Made by a program: the position numbers and the translations under genes. Shown here piece after piece: positions 47,802 to 56,154 of a stretch of 59,261 nucleotides of DNA. Source of the stretch: a virus (lineage: Duplodnaviria; Caudoviricetes); IMG/VR virus record IMGVR_UViG_3300031566_000031, positions 1 through 59,261 of that record; one strand, written 5' to 3'. The notes beneath the pieces are model-generated. The model saw only the letters and a program-made list of their open reading frames with translations, searched no databases and had not been told where the DNA came from. The first letter of the stretch is position 1. Each line of letters opens with the position of its first letter.

Positions 47802-50800
47802 ATGGCTGATCTTGGCAACGGTACATCGCGCACCCTATCCGCAGCAATGCGGCAGTTTCAGCTTGTCGTCTACCAGCGCGGCAAGCCTCCGCTCGACTCG
47901 GAGCACAACCTGCTTCAGCAGATCCAGAACGAGACTGTGGCGCAGTGGGTTCGCAGCCAAATGTCATCGGGGTTCTTCCTTGACCCCACTCGTCCGCTCG
48001 ACGCCTTCGTTACGGACCCCCTCAACGCGAACCAGTTTCGCTACGGACAGCAGAAGCGCTTGGACACGAGTGTCGAGGAGCTTGCACCGATCGAATGGGC
48101 CAACGTCAACGGTTGGCTCGTCCCGGTTGTCGGAACCAACAACGCCGAGTCAGGTGCGACGGACAACATCGTCGCCCTCAATCCTCCCCCCGATTCCGAT
48201 TCGCGGATCGATTTCGTGTTCCTTGAGGTGTGGAGGGTCAACGTCGCCCCCAACGACTCCACGGCAAACAAGCCAAGCGCCGACAAGATCTACACCTACG
48301 GCAACGTCGAATTCGGTCAAACGAACATTAACGACGACCTGACCGACCCGGCCATCGGCTTTGAGACGACCGAGCGGGTTCAGCTTCAGTACCGCATCCG
48401 TGTCGTCGGACAGGGCTCAGGAGCCGGTGTGAGTCCGGCCCTCGATGTATACCCCGACGGTCTGGACGACCCGAACGTTCGCGCTCAGGGCCCCTTGACG
48501 GGACCTTCGGCCCAAGCCTACGCGGTGTGGGAGAACATGCGCGAGGAGCTTGGCGACCCAAGCCTGTGGCGTGCAGGCGACGGCGACCCTGCTAACGATT
48601 TCGGCACGATCGATGGCTACGTTTGGGCCATCCCCATGTGCGGCATCTTCCGCCGGAACAACCAGCCCTACGTCGCGGTGAATCAAGCGGGCAACCCGAA
48701 CCAGAACGGCGCGTTCAACCGCACGCCCTCGTCGGCGCTCCTCACGGACCCCCGGGACGGTGCGCGGCTACTGACGACCGCCGCTCTTGTGGACGATATG
48801 CCCGGCGAGCAATTCTCCGTGCTCACTGAGGTCGAGGTTGATGGCCTTGTGGGGTCCGGCTTTGACGACGACGGTATTTCCTTCACCAACACCTTCATGG
48901 TCATTGACGATGAGGTGATCGCCATCGACTCCATCGACACGACGGTGAACCCCGCTCGTGTCCGCGTCCCGGCCAACGGTCGTGGACAATGGGGTTCCGA
49001 TCCCACCTTCCACTCGGGCCGAGAAGCTCCCGTGACCCCTGGCACGGGCACCTCGATCACGTTCTTCAATACGCGACCCGACGGCAAGTTTGCCGACGAG
49101 ATCCACCTGGACGACGTGTTCGACATGCGCCGCGGTGTGAACTTCGGCGACTGGGACTACGAACGTCTCCTCCTCCACAACGTCAGCGCGCTCATGCAGA
49201 ACCGCCTGCGCTCGACGTGGAAGCAGACCGGCGTGCCCTCGGGCGACACTGAGGGTGTCACGGTCCATGAGGTTGACTACCTGCTCCAAGATGGGGCAAC
49301 GGCGGTGCCGAATGGCACCGAAGCGATGGACGGGCCCGATGGGATCCGTACCATCTTCTCCGATGCTGCCACGATGCAGTCGGACGTGACGACGTTGCTC
49401 GATAACGACGGCACGATGAATGACGGGTTCATCCAGACCTTCGATGATCTGGTGTTCTGGGACGCTGGGGCTGATTTCAAGCCCGGCGGCTTTATGAACA
49501 ACCTCAACAACACGACGCCCGGCTTCAAGAACGGCACGACGATCTTCCAGTACATCGGAGGAGACTCGGGCAACGTGGGCGCGCGCAAGACCTTCCGTGA
49601 CGGGTCCACCCGTGCGGTTCGGTTCCTTATGCCGAAGGAGCATTTCGTTGCGCGACAGGACGACCCCGACACGGGCCGCCAGCGCCCTGTGACCCTGCGC
49701 TGGGTCAGCAGCGACAACGCCAACACCGGCACGGTAACGGGCGGTGCGGGTCTCCAGGCGCTCACCCCAGCAGCTTTTGGAGAGGCACCTTCTGAGCACC
49801 CGGGTCCGATGTACCCGCTCAGCTTCCTCAATTTTGAGAAGCCCTTCATCGTGCTCGGCGGCATAGTCGAGTCCTCGCTGAACCTGTCAGGCATCGCCTC
49901 GGCGACGCTCCACGACAACATCACTGACGCAGGCACTATCCCTCCTGGCGAGGGTGAGATCGAGCTTCCAGGCTTCGACTTCGACGCACTCAATGACTGG
50001 TTCACGCTCGACTCCAATGGCGAGTTTGAGCTTGCCCCAGAGCCTCCGCTCTCGTTCCCGCTCCTTCGCGGACAGCGGACGCTCTACGACATGATCACCG
50101 CAGGTGGGCGTGACCGCACGGGTTCGTCCTCCGAGTTGTACTTGATCCTGTACGGGGACATCGAAGCCGAGGCCAACAACGGTGCCTTCCAAGTGATCGG
50201 TGCAGGCACGGGCGGCATGACTCAGGCCACCGCGGGTGGGTCCAACCGACTCCGTGTGCGGTTCCTGAGCCAAGGCGTCACCACCTTCGACACCACCTCG
50301 ACCGACGCGGTGAGCTTGCAGGTCCGCTCCATGTACTCCAATGCGGAGGATGGCTTGGGACAAGCCGGTGGCCCATCGGCCATGACGATCACGTTGACCG
50401 ATATCGAGGCGTTGGAAGGTGGGGCCGCGAACCCGTGGAACGAAGCCAACATCAATCCCTTCACGATTGCGGGGCGGACCCTCGCGGCTCCTTTCAACGA
50501 GAAGTGTGTCGCTAATCTGACGCTCCAATACCACCCTGGCCGGGGTGCGACGGCTCGCGTTCCCGATCAGATCGAACGCGTGGCGATTCAGCAGCCCAAC
50601 GTGTCCTTGCTTCGCCAATCCGCGGCGAACCTTGACACAGATTTCCCGAACGCGACGGGCGCCCCGGGTGCCCCTCCCGAGGTGGATTTCACGCCGACCC
50701 ACATCCAGGTGTGGAACCGGCTGGCGGCCCTTGGACAACACGAGCCTTACGCCCCCAACTATGGCGGCAATGTGGTCCTGTTCTCCGAGATCGACCGCGA

Positions 50801-53414
50801 GAACGAGGCGTTCATCGACCGCGGGTCCAAGACGCTCCTTCTGCGTCCGTACCAAGACCTTGGCATGACCATGCAGGGGTTCACGACGTTCGCGTCTCCC
50901 TCGCTGTTGGGTCCGACCGGCTACCCGGCGGTGGCCTTGATCCCGAACGGCTGGGACGGCCCGAAGGACGACGCCGCCATCTTCACGCCGGGTCTGGCGA
51001 TGGGCTACGTCGTGCCACAGGAATTTATGCCGCGCTTCGGCCGGCAGGACATTCCGTTCTACCAAGACCAAGGGCCGACCTTCGGGACGGGCCGTTTCTT
51101 GGCGGGTATCAATCACCTGTTCACGGACGGCACCGACCTCACCAATCCGGTATTCAACGTGATCGGTGGTGGGGACAACTCGACGGGTGGCACCTTGGTC
51201 ACGCGCTTCTTGGCGCAGACGGGCTCGACCAGTGGCTTCCTGTTCGGCCAGTATGGGACCGTCACAGGCCCCACGACCCCGGCCTACCAGGGACGCCTCC
51301 TTTCGGCTATCGGAACGACCACGGCACTTGCTGAGGAAATCACGAATCGGATCGATTCCGTCGTGTCCTCCGATTTCGGGGTTGGTATCGACGGCATCCA
51401 GCTTCCCCCGTATATCGGAATCTCTCGTCTCGTCGCGGTCTACGACCGTCGGGACTACGTGGGCAAGGGTGGGGTCTCCTTCGATACGGATCGCGTGACG
51501 CCGTTGGCAAACCGCGCGGTCAACCTGCTCCGCAAGGATGCCGACAAGCAGACCTTGTTCATCCTTCAGGACGGCGCTCGGGATCTGACGGGCGGGGACG
51601 ACGACCACACTTATGTCGTGCCGTCGAACGCCATCGACATTACACGGTCTCCGAACTATGTCGCGGACGAGGAGTTCTCGGATCTGGAGTACGTTGTCGA
51701 GTTTACGGCCTTCGGGTTCGCCCGAGGCTTCATCAACAAGAACAACTTCGTCATGGCTCGTCGCCACAACGGCGTGGGCGCCACGATCGCGGACGGGGAT
51801 AACCCCGAGCTTGAGAACATCCGCATGACGATCCCGCACGCGGCCCCTGACTCCTCTCGGGTCTACATCGCGTACAACAGGACCGTCTATCAGGGCGACC
51901 CTTACATGAGTCGTGCGGGCTCCGTGCGGACGAACAGCGACTACGAACACCGCTACGGTCAAATCGCTGTCTCTGATGCCTTCGCCGTGGGCGACGACAT
52001 TCAGCAGTACGACGGCGAAGGGGCGCAGATTCCCGAACGTCCGAACGCGCGTTCCTTTGAGGTCATGGCGTCGCTGGACTTCTACATGACGCTCGGCACC
52101 GGGAACATCGGCGGACGCCTGTACCCCGGCACCGTGACCGACGTGGGCTACACCGAGGACAACCCTGTCAGCGCGACGCGCATTCCGTTGGAGATTGGCT
52201 CACCCGCCAACCGGGTTCTTGCTCGTGCCTTCAGTGAAGGCCAGAAGGAAAACACCAGCCGCGGCTTCATCGACCTTCGGATCGATGGCACGGCCATGAC
52301 GTACTTCCCCGCAGCCGACGCTACGACGGTGACGATCAAGAAGCTCAACGGCGACCTCGTGTCTTTCATCGCCAACAACGGTGTGACTGTGGACGAGGAC
52401 AAGTTCGATGCGTCCTCGCCCGATGAGGTTGTGATCGCCAAGGAGCTTACCGACAAGATCGCCGCCCGCACCGGACTCGCGGACACCTTGGTCGCTCGGA
52501 ATGACATTGACGATCAAGTCATTCGTCTCGTCTCGCGGGTCGTCGGTGCCGAAGGCAACGGCATCCGCGTCTCGATCACCGACACGGTGAACATGAGCCT
52601 CCGCAAGCCTGTGGCGGGCGAGGTCGGTCTTGACGCGACCTTCACCGACTGCTTCCTGGCTGGTGGGTTTGACCTCCCTGTCAATGGTGGCAACGGCACG
52701 ACGCAGATCCATCTGACGGGCATGACCGAGCGCTTCCCGCTCGGCATCCTTTTCCAAGACTCGGACTTCATCGGGGAGAACCCGCTCGGCGACAATGCGA
52801 GTGCGGTCCAAACCACCCTCGGCGGTATCCGTCCGGTCCAGAACCTCCTGCCCCTCACCCGGAGTGGTGGCGAGGAATTCACCCGGTTTGCCGGAGCCCC
52901 TGGCGATCTGATCGGCATGGGGGACGGGGCCATCCTCCAGTACAGCGCCTTCGATGAGGATCTCAACCCTGGAGGCTCCAAGCGCTTCCGTCTGTTCCGC
53001 GGTGGCGGCTCCCTGTTCGTACTCGGCGGTCGCAACCCCGGTGGTCCGGTGGACTACGTGTCTGGCTCCCTGGAGAAACCGTTGAACCCGGTCCTCAAGG
53101 GCGGCCTGCTCGCATGCAAGGCTCTGCTCGTTCGCAACCTCACCGAGCGCGCCTTCACGACTGCTGATGTGACCACGGAAGGTGACGAGCTTCAGATGGT
53201 CGTCGTCACCACGGGCATCTTGGGAGACGGCCGCACCCGCGAGAACGGCGTCACCCTCGACGGCGTGATCAGCCCGACGGGCTTCGGCGAAGGCGAAGCC
53301 GCCTCCGACCGCTACCGCCTCAACGGCAAGCCCATGTGGAAGGGGCGCACACGCGTCACCCCAGACCCCGCAACGGTGCCTCTTGCCCCGTTCCCGGGCC
53401 GCGACAGCGAGTAG
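47802..53414 (+). CDS. Large baseplate/fibre structural protein with a DUF6519/DUF4815-like N-terminus, 1870 aa (paralog of 35259..38720)
   Basis: VVYQRGKPPLDSEHN N-terminal motif. Shares blocks RIDFVFLEVW, DDLTDPAIGFETTERVQLQYRIR, LWRAGDG...GTIDGYVWAIPMCGIFRRN and RPDGKFADEI with its paralog. SD GAGG upstream. Confidence 0.7.
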   Translation: MADLGNGTSRTLSAAMRQFQLVVYQRGKPPLDSEHNLLQQIQNETVAQWVRSQMSSGFFLDPTRPLDAFVTDPLNANQFRYGQQKRLDTSVEELAPIEWANVNGWLVPVVGTNNAESGATDNIVALNPPPDSDSRIDFVFLEVWRVNVAPNDSTANKPSADKIYTYGNVEFGQTNINDDLTDPAIGFETTERVQLQYRIRVVGQGSGAGVSPALDVYPDGLDDPNVRAQGPLTGPSAQAYAVWENMREELGDPSLWRAGDGDPANDFGTIDGYVWAIPMCGIFRRNNQPYVAVNQAGNPNQNGAFNRTPSSALLTDPRDGARLLTTAALVDDMPGEQFSVLTEVEVDGLVGSGFDDDGISFTNTFMVIDDEVIAIDSIDTTVNPARVRVPANGRGQWGSDPTFHSGREAPVTPGTGTSITFFNTRPDGKFADEIHLDDVFDMRRGVNFGDWDYERLLLHNVSALMQNRLRSTWKQTGVPSGDTEGVTVHEVDYLLQDGATAVPNGTEAMDGPDGIRTIFSDAATMQSDVTTLLDNDGTMNDGFIQTFDDLVFWDAGADFKPGGFMNNLNNTTPGFKNGTTIFQYIGGDSGNVGARKTFRDGSTRAVRFLMPKEHFVARQDDPDTGRQRPVTLRWVSSDNANTGTVTGGAGLQALTPAAFGEAPSEHPGPMYPLSFLNFEKPFIVLGGIVESSLNLSGIASATLHDNITDAGTIPPGEGEIELPGFDFDALNDWFTLDSNGEFELAPEPPLSFPLLRGQRTLYDMITAGGRDRTGSSSELYLILYGDIEAEANNGAFQVIGAGTGGMTQATAGGSNRLRVRFLSQGVTTFDTTSTDAVSLQVRSMYSNAEDGLGQAGGPSAMTITLTDIEALEGGAANPWNEANINPFTIAGRTLAAPFNEKCVANLTLQYHPGRGATARVPDQIERVAIQQPNVSLLRQSAANLDTDFPNATGAPGAPPEVDFTPTHIQVWNRLAALGQHEPYAPNYGGNVVLFSEIDRENEAFIDRGSKTLLLRPYQDLGMTMQGFTTFASPSLLGPTGYPAVALIPNGWDGPKDDAAIFTPGLAMGYVVPQEFMPRFGRQDIPFYQDQGPTFGTGRFLAGINHLFTDGTDLTNPVFNVIGGGDNSTGGTLVTRFLAQTGSTSGFLFGQYGTVTGPTTPAYQGRLLSAIGTTTALAEEITNRIDSVVSSDFGVGIDGIQLPPYIGISRLVAVYDRRDYVGKGGVSFDTDRVTPLANRAVNLLRKDADKQTLFILQDGARDLTGGDDDHTYVVPSNAIDITRSPNYVADEEFSDLEYVVEFTAFGFARGFINKNNFVMARRHNGVGATIADGDNPELENIRMTIPHAAPDSSRVYIAYNRTVYQGDPYMSRAGSVRTNSDYEHRYGQIAVSDAFAVGDDIQQYDGEGAQIPERPNARSFEVMASLDFYMTLGTGNIGGRLYPGTVTDVGYTEDNPVSATRIPLEIGSPANRVLARAFSEGQKENTSRGFIDLRIDGTAMTYFPAADATTVTIKKLNGDLVSFIANNGVTVDEDKFDASSPDEVVIAKELTDKIAARTGLADTLVARNDIDDQVIRLVSRVVGAEGNGIRVSITDTVNMSLRKPVAGEVGLDATFTDCFLAGGFDLPVNGGNGTTQIHLTGMTERFPLGILFQDSDFIGENPLGDNASAVQTTLGGIRPVQNLLPLTRSGGEEFTRFAGAPGDLIGMGDGAILQYSAFDEDLNPGGSKRFRLFRGGGSLFVLGGRNPGGPVDYVSGSLEKPLNPVLKGGLLACKALLVRNLTERAFTTADVTTEGDELQMVVVTTGILGDGRTRENGVTLDGVISPTGFGEGEAASDRYRLNGKPMWKGRTRVTPDPATVPLAPFPGRDSE

Positions 53415-53417
53415 CCT

Positions 53418-53582
53418 GTGACCCCGCGAGACCTTACTCAACTTGCTCTCCGTATCGAGAAGCTGGAGAAGCTGCGGACGAACGGGTGGCCGCCGTCGGC
53501 CCGGCTTGATTTCAAGAACAAGCTCCCCGGCGGGCGAGACACCCGACGCAGCCTCCCTTCTCCGAAGGAGCTAGAATCTTGA
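53418..53582 (+). CDS. Small basic ORF, 54 aa (MTPRDLTQLALRIEKLEKLR...), possibly continuing in the +1 frame to 53700
   Basis: GTG 3 nt after the previous TAG, like other tightly packed genes here. Below the ORF-track size cut-off and translated by hand. Confidence 0.45.
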   Translation: MTPRDLTQLALRIEKLEKLRTNGWPPSARLDFKNKLPGGRDTRRSLPSPKELES

Positions 53583-53697
53583 GGGCATTGCGTCTCAAAA
53601 TGACCCCCGGCACCCGAAGCGGATGCTACGGGACCGGATGCGTGGTCGTCGCGCCTCGATCAAACGGGTGGCTGCCCGTTTCACCTCGCGCGGCGGG

Positions 53698-53703
53698 TAG
53701 GAT
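53698..53703 (+). promoter_or_regulatory. Putative -10 hexamer (TAGGAT) of a leaderless promoter
   Basis: GGG-TAGGAT ends 8 nt before ATG 53712, and no SD is visible. Confidence 0.35.
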
Positions 53704-53711
53704 CTGACCTG

Positions 53712-54104
53712 ATGCACCACCTGTCGCAACAGCACATCGACATGAAGGTTCGCCGGCCGTATCTTGTGCGATACAAGGCACAGTTGGTCGAGGCACTAAG
53801 GGATCCGGGGCTTTCCGAGGCTCAGGTCGGAAGAGTCCGAAACAGCCTCACAAGGCTCGGAAAGCCCAAAATCTACAGTGCAGAGGCCATTTCGCCGCGT
53901 GGCGCGGTCAATCCTGGGCCTATACCGAAACGATCACTACAGGCGCGCGTCGAAATCCACTCTTTTGACCGTGAGTACCTATTCGGGCTCCCGGCATCCA
54001 CCCTTGCACTCTACGCAAAACAAGAGCGGTTGGAGATCAAGGCTTCCGATCCGAAGGCAACTCTCGTCGCCGCCATTCTGCAAAACAGGGGAGACAACCA
54101 ATGA
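53712..54104 (+). CDS. Hypothetical protein with a possible C-terminal helix-extension-helix (Rho-N/LEM-like) motif, 130 aa
   Basis: C-terminal LPASTLALYAKQERLEIKASDPKATLVAAIL resembles the HeH pattern (L..L...A....I......K..LI.AI). ATGA overlap with the next gene. Confidence 0.5.
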   Translation: MHHLSQQHIDMKVRRPYLVRYKAQLVEALRDPGLSEAQVGRVRNSLTRLGKPKIYSAEAISPRGAVNPGPIPKRSLQARVEIHSFDREYLFGLPASTLALYAKQERLEIKASDPKATLVAAILQNRGDNQ

Positions 54105-54706
54105 CCAAACGATTCTCGTTCCTCATCGCCTTCGTGGCGGCATTCCTATTCACCGCACCTCTGGCTCTCGCGGCACCGCCCGACGCTGGAACTGCACCCG
54201 CCGCCGCGGCTGCTGACGATGCAAAGGCAGATGCCCCCGCACCCGAGGCCAAGGCCGAGGAGAAGGCTGAAGCCAAGGCTGAAGCCAAGGCTGAAGCCAA
54301 GGCTGAAGCCAAGGCTGAAGAAGCTGGTACTGAAGGTGGCACCGATGGCACCGATGGTGGAGACACCGACGGCGCAGCCGCAGACGAGAAGCTCGGCGAT
54401 CATGTCGAAGCTGCTGTCTCGGCCGCTCGCTCTGGCGAGTGGGCTCTGATGGTGTCCGCGATCATCATGCTTCTGCTTGGAGCCGGCCGAAAGTTCGGCG
54501 TCATGGACAAGGTGCCTTCGTCCGCGGTCCCGTGGGTCTCGATGGTGCTCGGCGTTATCGCTGTGGTCGGGGACACCCTCGCCTCTGGCGGGGAGATCAC
54601 GATGGAGCGTGTGCTCGCAGGCGTCATGGCCGGTGCTGCCGCCTCGGGTCTGTGGGGGATGCTTGGAAAGCACATCCTCGGGCCGAAGAAGGAAAAGAGC
54701 GAGTAG
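54101..54706 (+). CDS. Holin-like membrane protein with N-terminal signal peptide and low-complexity linker, 201 aa
   Basis: Sec-type signal (MTKRFSFLIAFVAAFLFTAPLALA), an EAKA-repeat linker, then three hydrophobic segments ending in GVMAGAAASGLW and a basic tail, as in small phage holins. SD GGGAG upstream. Confidence 0.55.
   Translation: MTKRFSFLIAFVAAFLFTAPLALAAPPDAGTAPAAAAADDAKADAPAPEAKAEEKAEAKAEAKAEAKAEAKAEEAGTEGGTDGTDGGDTDGAAADEKLGDHVEAAVSAARSGEWALMVSAIIMLLLGAGRKFGVMDKVPSSAVPWVSMVLGVIAVVGDTLASGGEITMERVLAGVMAGAAASGLWGMLGKHILGPKKEKSE
54263..54320 (+). repeat. In-frame 12-bp tandem repeat (AAGGCTGAAGCC x4 plus a partial copy), encoding KAEA repeats
   Basis: Perfect units at 54263, 54275, 54287 and 54299, and a 10-bp partial unit at 54311. 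Confidence 0.95.
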
Positions 54707-54726
54707 CTACCACGGTAGCTAGCCAA

Positions 54727-54759
54727 GGAAGGCCGTTCCCGAAGTGGGGGCGGCCTTCC
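54727..54759 (+). terminator. Strong hairpin, probable terminator or 3'-stabilising stem after the holin-like gene
   Basis: GGAAGGCCGTTCCC-GAAGT-GGGGGCGGCCTTCC forms a 14-bp stem with two G-U pairs that work only on the + strand RNA. There is no U-tract, so it is non-canonical. Confidence 0.55.
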
Positions 54760-54814
54760 GCAATTCGCGCGGTGTCGATTGCCTCTCGGCCAACGTCCTC
54801 GATAGCGAGGACAC

Positions 54815-55525
54815 ATGGGGATCTACATTTACACAGTTCGCAAGACGGTCAAACAGTGCAGCATGGGCGGCATCGCCACCCCGGTCGCGCTTCTCAAGTT
54901 CCTGCAACGGCTTCCCCGCGACCCTGACGACTCGCTGACCTCGGCTCGTCTTGAGCGCGCGCGGCAGTGCTGGAACAGCCTCGATGTGAAGCCGGGTTAT
55001 GTCGCCCTTGGCGATAAATTTGAGGACCGCGCGCACGTCTACGAGTGGCCGGCGGATGCGTACCACTGGTACGACTGCGAGGATAAACCGCTCGGCAAGC
55101 TCGTTGGTTTCATCCGTCGTGTCCGCAACGGCCGCCGTGTTGAGTACGCTGTCGCCCCACGCTATTACGAGGTGGTGGCGAAGTACCGCCCGCCTGGGAA
55201 GGGCCTACACAGCACTCGTGAGTACGCCTGGGATGCGGAGACGGCGAGGAAGAAGGCCGGAGCCTTGCTTCACATGCTGCACGACGTGGAATCGATCACC
55301 ATCCAGTGTTACGAGGCCGACACCTCCTGCACCAACGAGATCTATTTTGAGACCGCGGATGTGGGATTCGATCGCAAGCTCCGCGAGAGCGCGCACAAGG
55401 CTGGCATTGACTGGCGCGAGGTTTCGGACGCCCTGACCCCGACCAAGGTCGAGGTCGAGCCCGGAGTTTCGCCTCCGAAGCTCACAATCGAGGAGCTTGC
55501 ACGTTTCCAAGCGCCTTTGGCGTAA
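54815..55525 (+). CDS. Hypothetical protein, 236 aa
   Basis: SD GAGG upstream and typical codon bias. No recognisable motif. Confidence 0.7.
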   Translation: MGIYIYTVRKTVKQCSMGGIATPVALLKFLQRLPRDPDDSLTSARLERARQCWNSLDVKPGYVALGDKFEDRAHVYEWPADAYHWYDCEDKPLGKLVGFIRRVRNGRRVEYAVAPRYYEVVAKYRPPGKGLHSTREYAWDAETARKKAGALLHMLHDVESITIQCYEADTSCTNEIYFETADVGFDRKLRESAHKAGIDWREVSDALTPTKVEVEPGVSPPKLTIEELARFQAPLA

Positions 55526-55533
55526 GGGAAGCC

Positions 55534-56115
55534 GTGTACGTCCGCAATGTAGAGGCCCTGACGGCAGCCCGCGGAACCCCCTTGAGTGTGTTGGACCCGG
55601 GGTGGGGTGTATTTCTCCACCAGAACGGGCATTTTCTCTGGGCCATCGTGACGCCCAAGGAGTCCATCGTGCTCCCGGGCTGGACCGCCACACTGCGTGA
55701 GGGGCACATACGCGAGCATCCGCCATCCATCTTCATCGAACGCCCGCTCGATGAGGTCAACGAGTCCCTCGACTGCGCGATCCGTGACGGCTATGCCTTC
55801 GGGGAACCCCCGTCGGCAGAGGTTGTCTCCAGCGTGACCCGCTCCAGCCTCAAACGGGAGGCCGCCTGGAAGGGGACTCTCGTAGGCCCTCCACCGAATT
55901 CAGACGCGCCTGTAGACCCGTATGATCGAATTCGATACATCACCCGTCAAGAGAGCGATGGCTGGACCGCATGGTCTGGCGAGGGCAAGCCGATCATGCA
56001 CTTTGACGACGCAGGGGCCGAGGCCATGTACAACGAAAGGCCCGGCGAAAAGGTGAAGGACCGTAAGGGGCGCGTTATCGGCTACCGCCTGGGAGAAGTT
56101 GAGACACTCCCATGA
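55534..56115 (+). CDS. Hypothetical protein, 193 aa
   Basis: GTG start 8 nt after the previous stop. Fills the gap to groEL. No recognisable motif. Confidence 0.6.
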   Translation: MYVRNVEALTAARGTPLSVLDPGWGVFLHQNGHFLWAIVTPKESIVLPGWTATLREGHIREHPPSIFIERPLDEVNESLDCAIRDGYAFGEPPSAEVVSSVTRSSLKREAAWKGTLVGPPPNSDAPVDPYDRIRYITRQESDGWTAWSGEGKPIMHFDDAGAEAMYNERPGEKVKDRKGRVIGYRLGEVETLP

Positions 56116-56142
56116 ACCAGGCGCAAGATGCTGCTACTCGGG

Positions 56143-56148
56143 TAGAAT
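56143..56148 (+). promoter_or_regulatory. Putative -10 hexamer (TAGAAT) of a leaderless groEL promoter
   Basis: GGG-TAGAAT ends 6 nt before GTG 56155, the spacing expected for transcription starting at the start codon. Confidence 0.4.
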
Positions 56149-56154
56149 CCCAAG

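Noticed and set aside
1-53414. Interpretation as a bacterial extracellular contractile injection system or T6SS
   Set aside because: No Afp15-like ATPase, TssJLM/ClpV or toxin-immunity pairs were seen. The holin-like gene, stand-alone divergent GroEL, private promoter motif and restriction-site avoidance fit a lytic phage better. Not fully excluded, because no capsid genes are in the window.
54263-54320. Tandem repeat as a CRISPR array or replication iteron
   Set aside because: The units are 12 bp with no spacers, in frame inside a coding linker.
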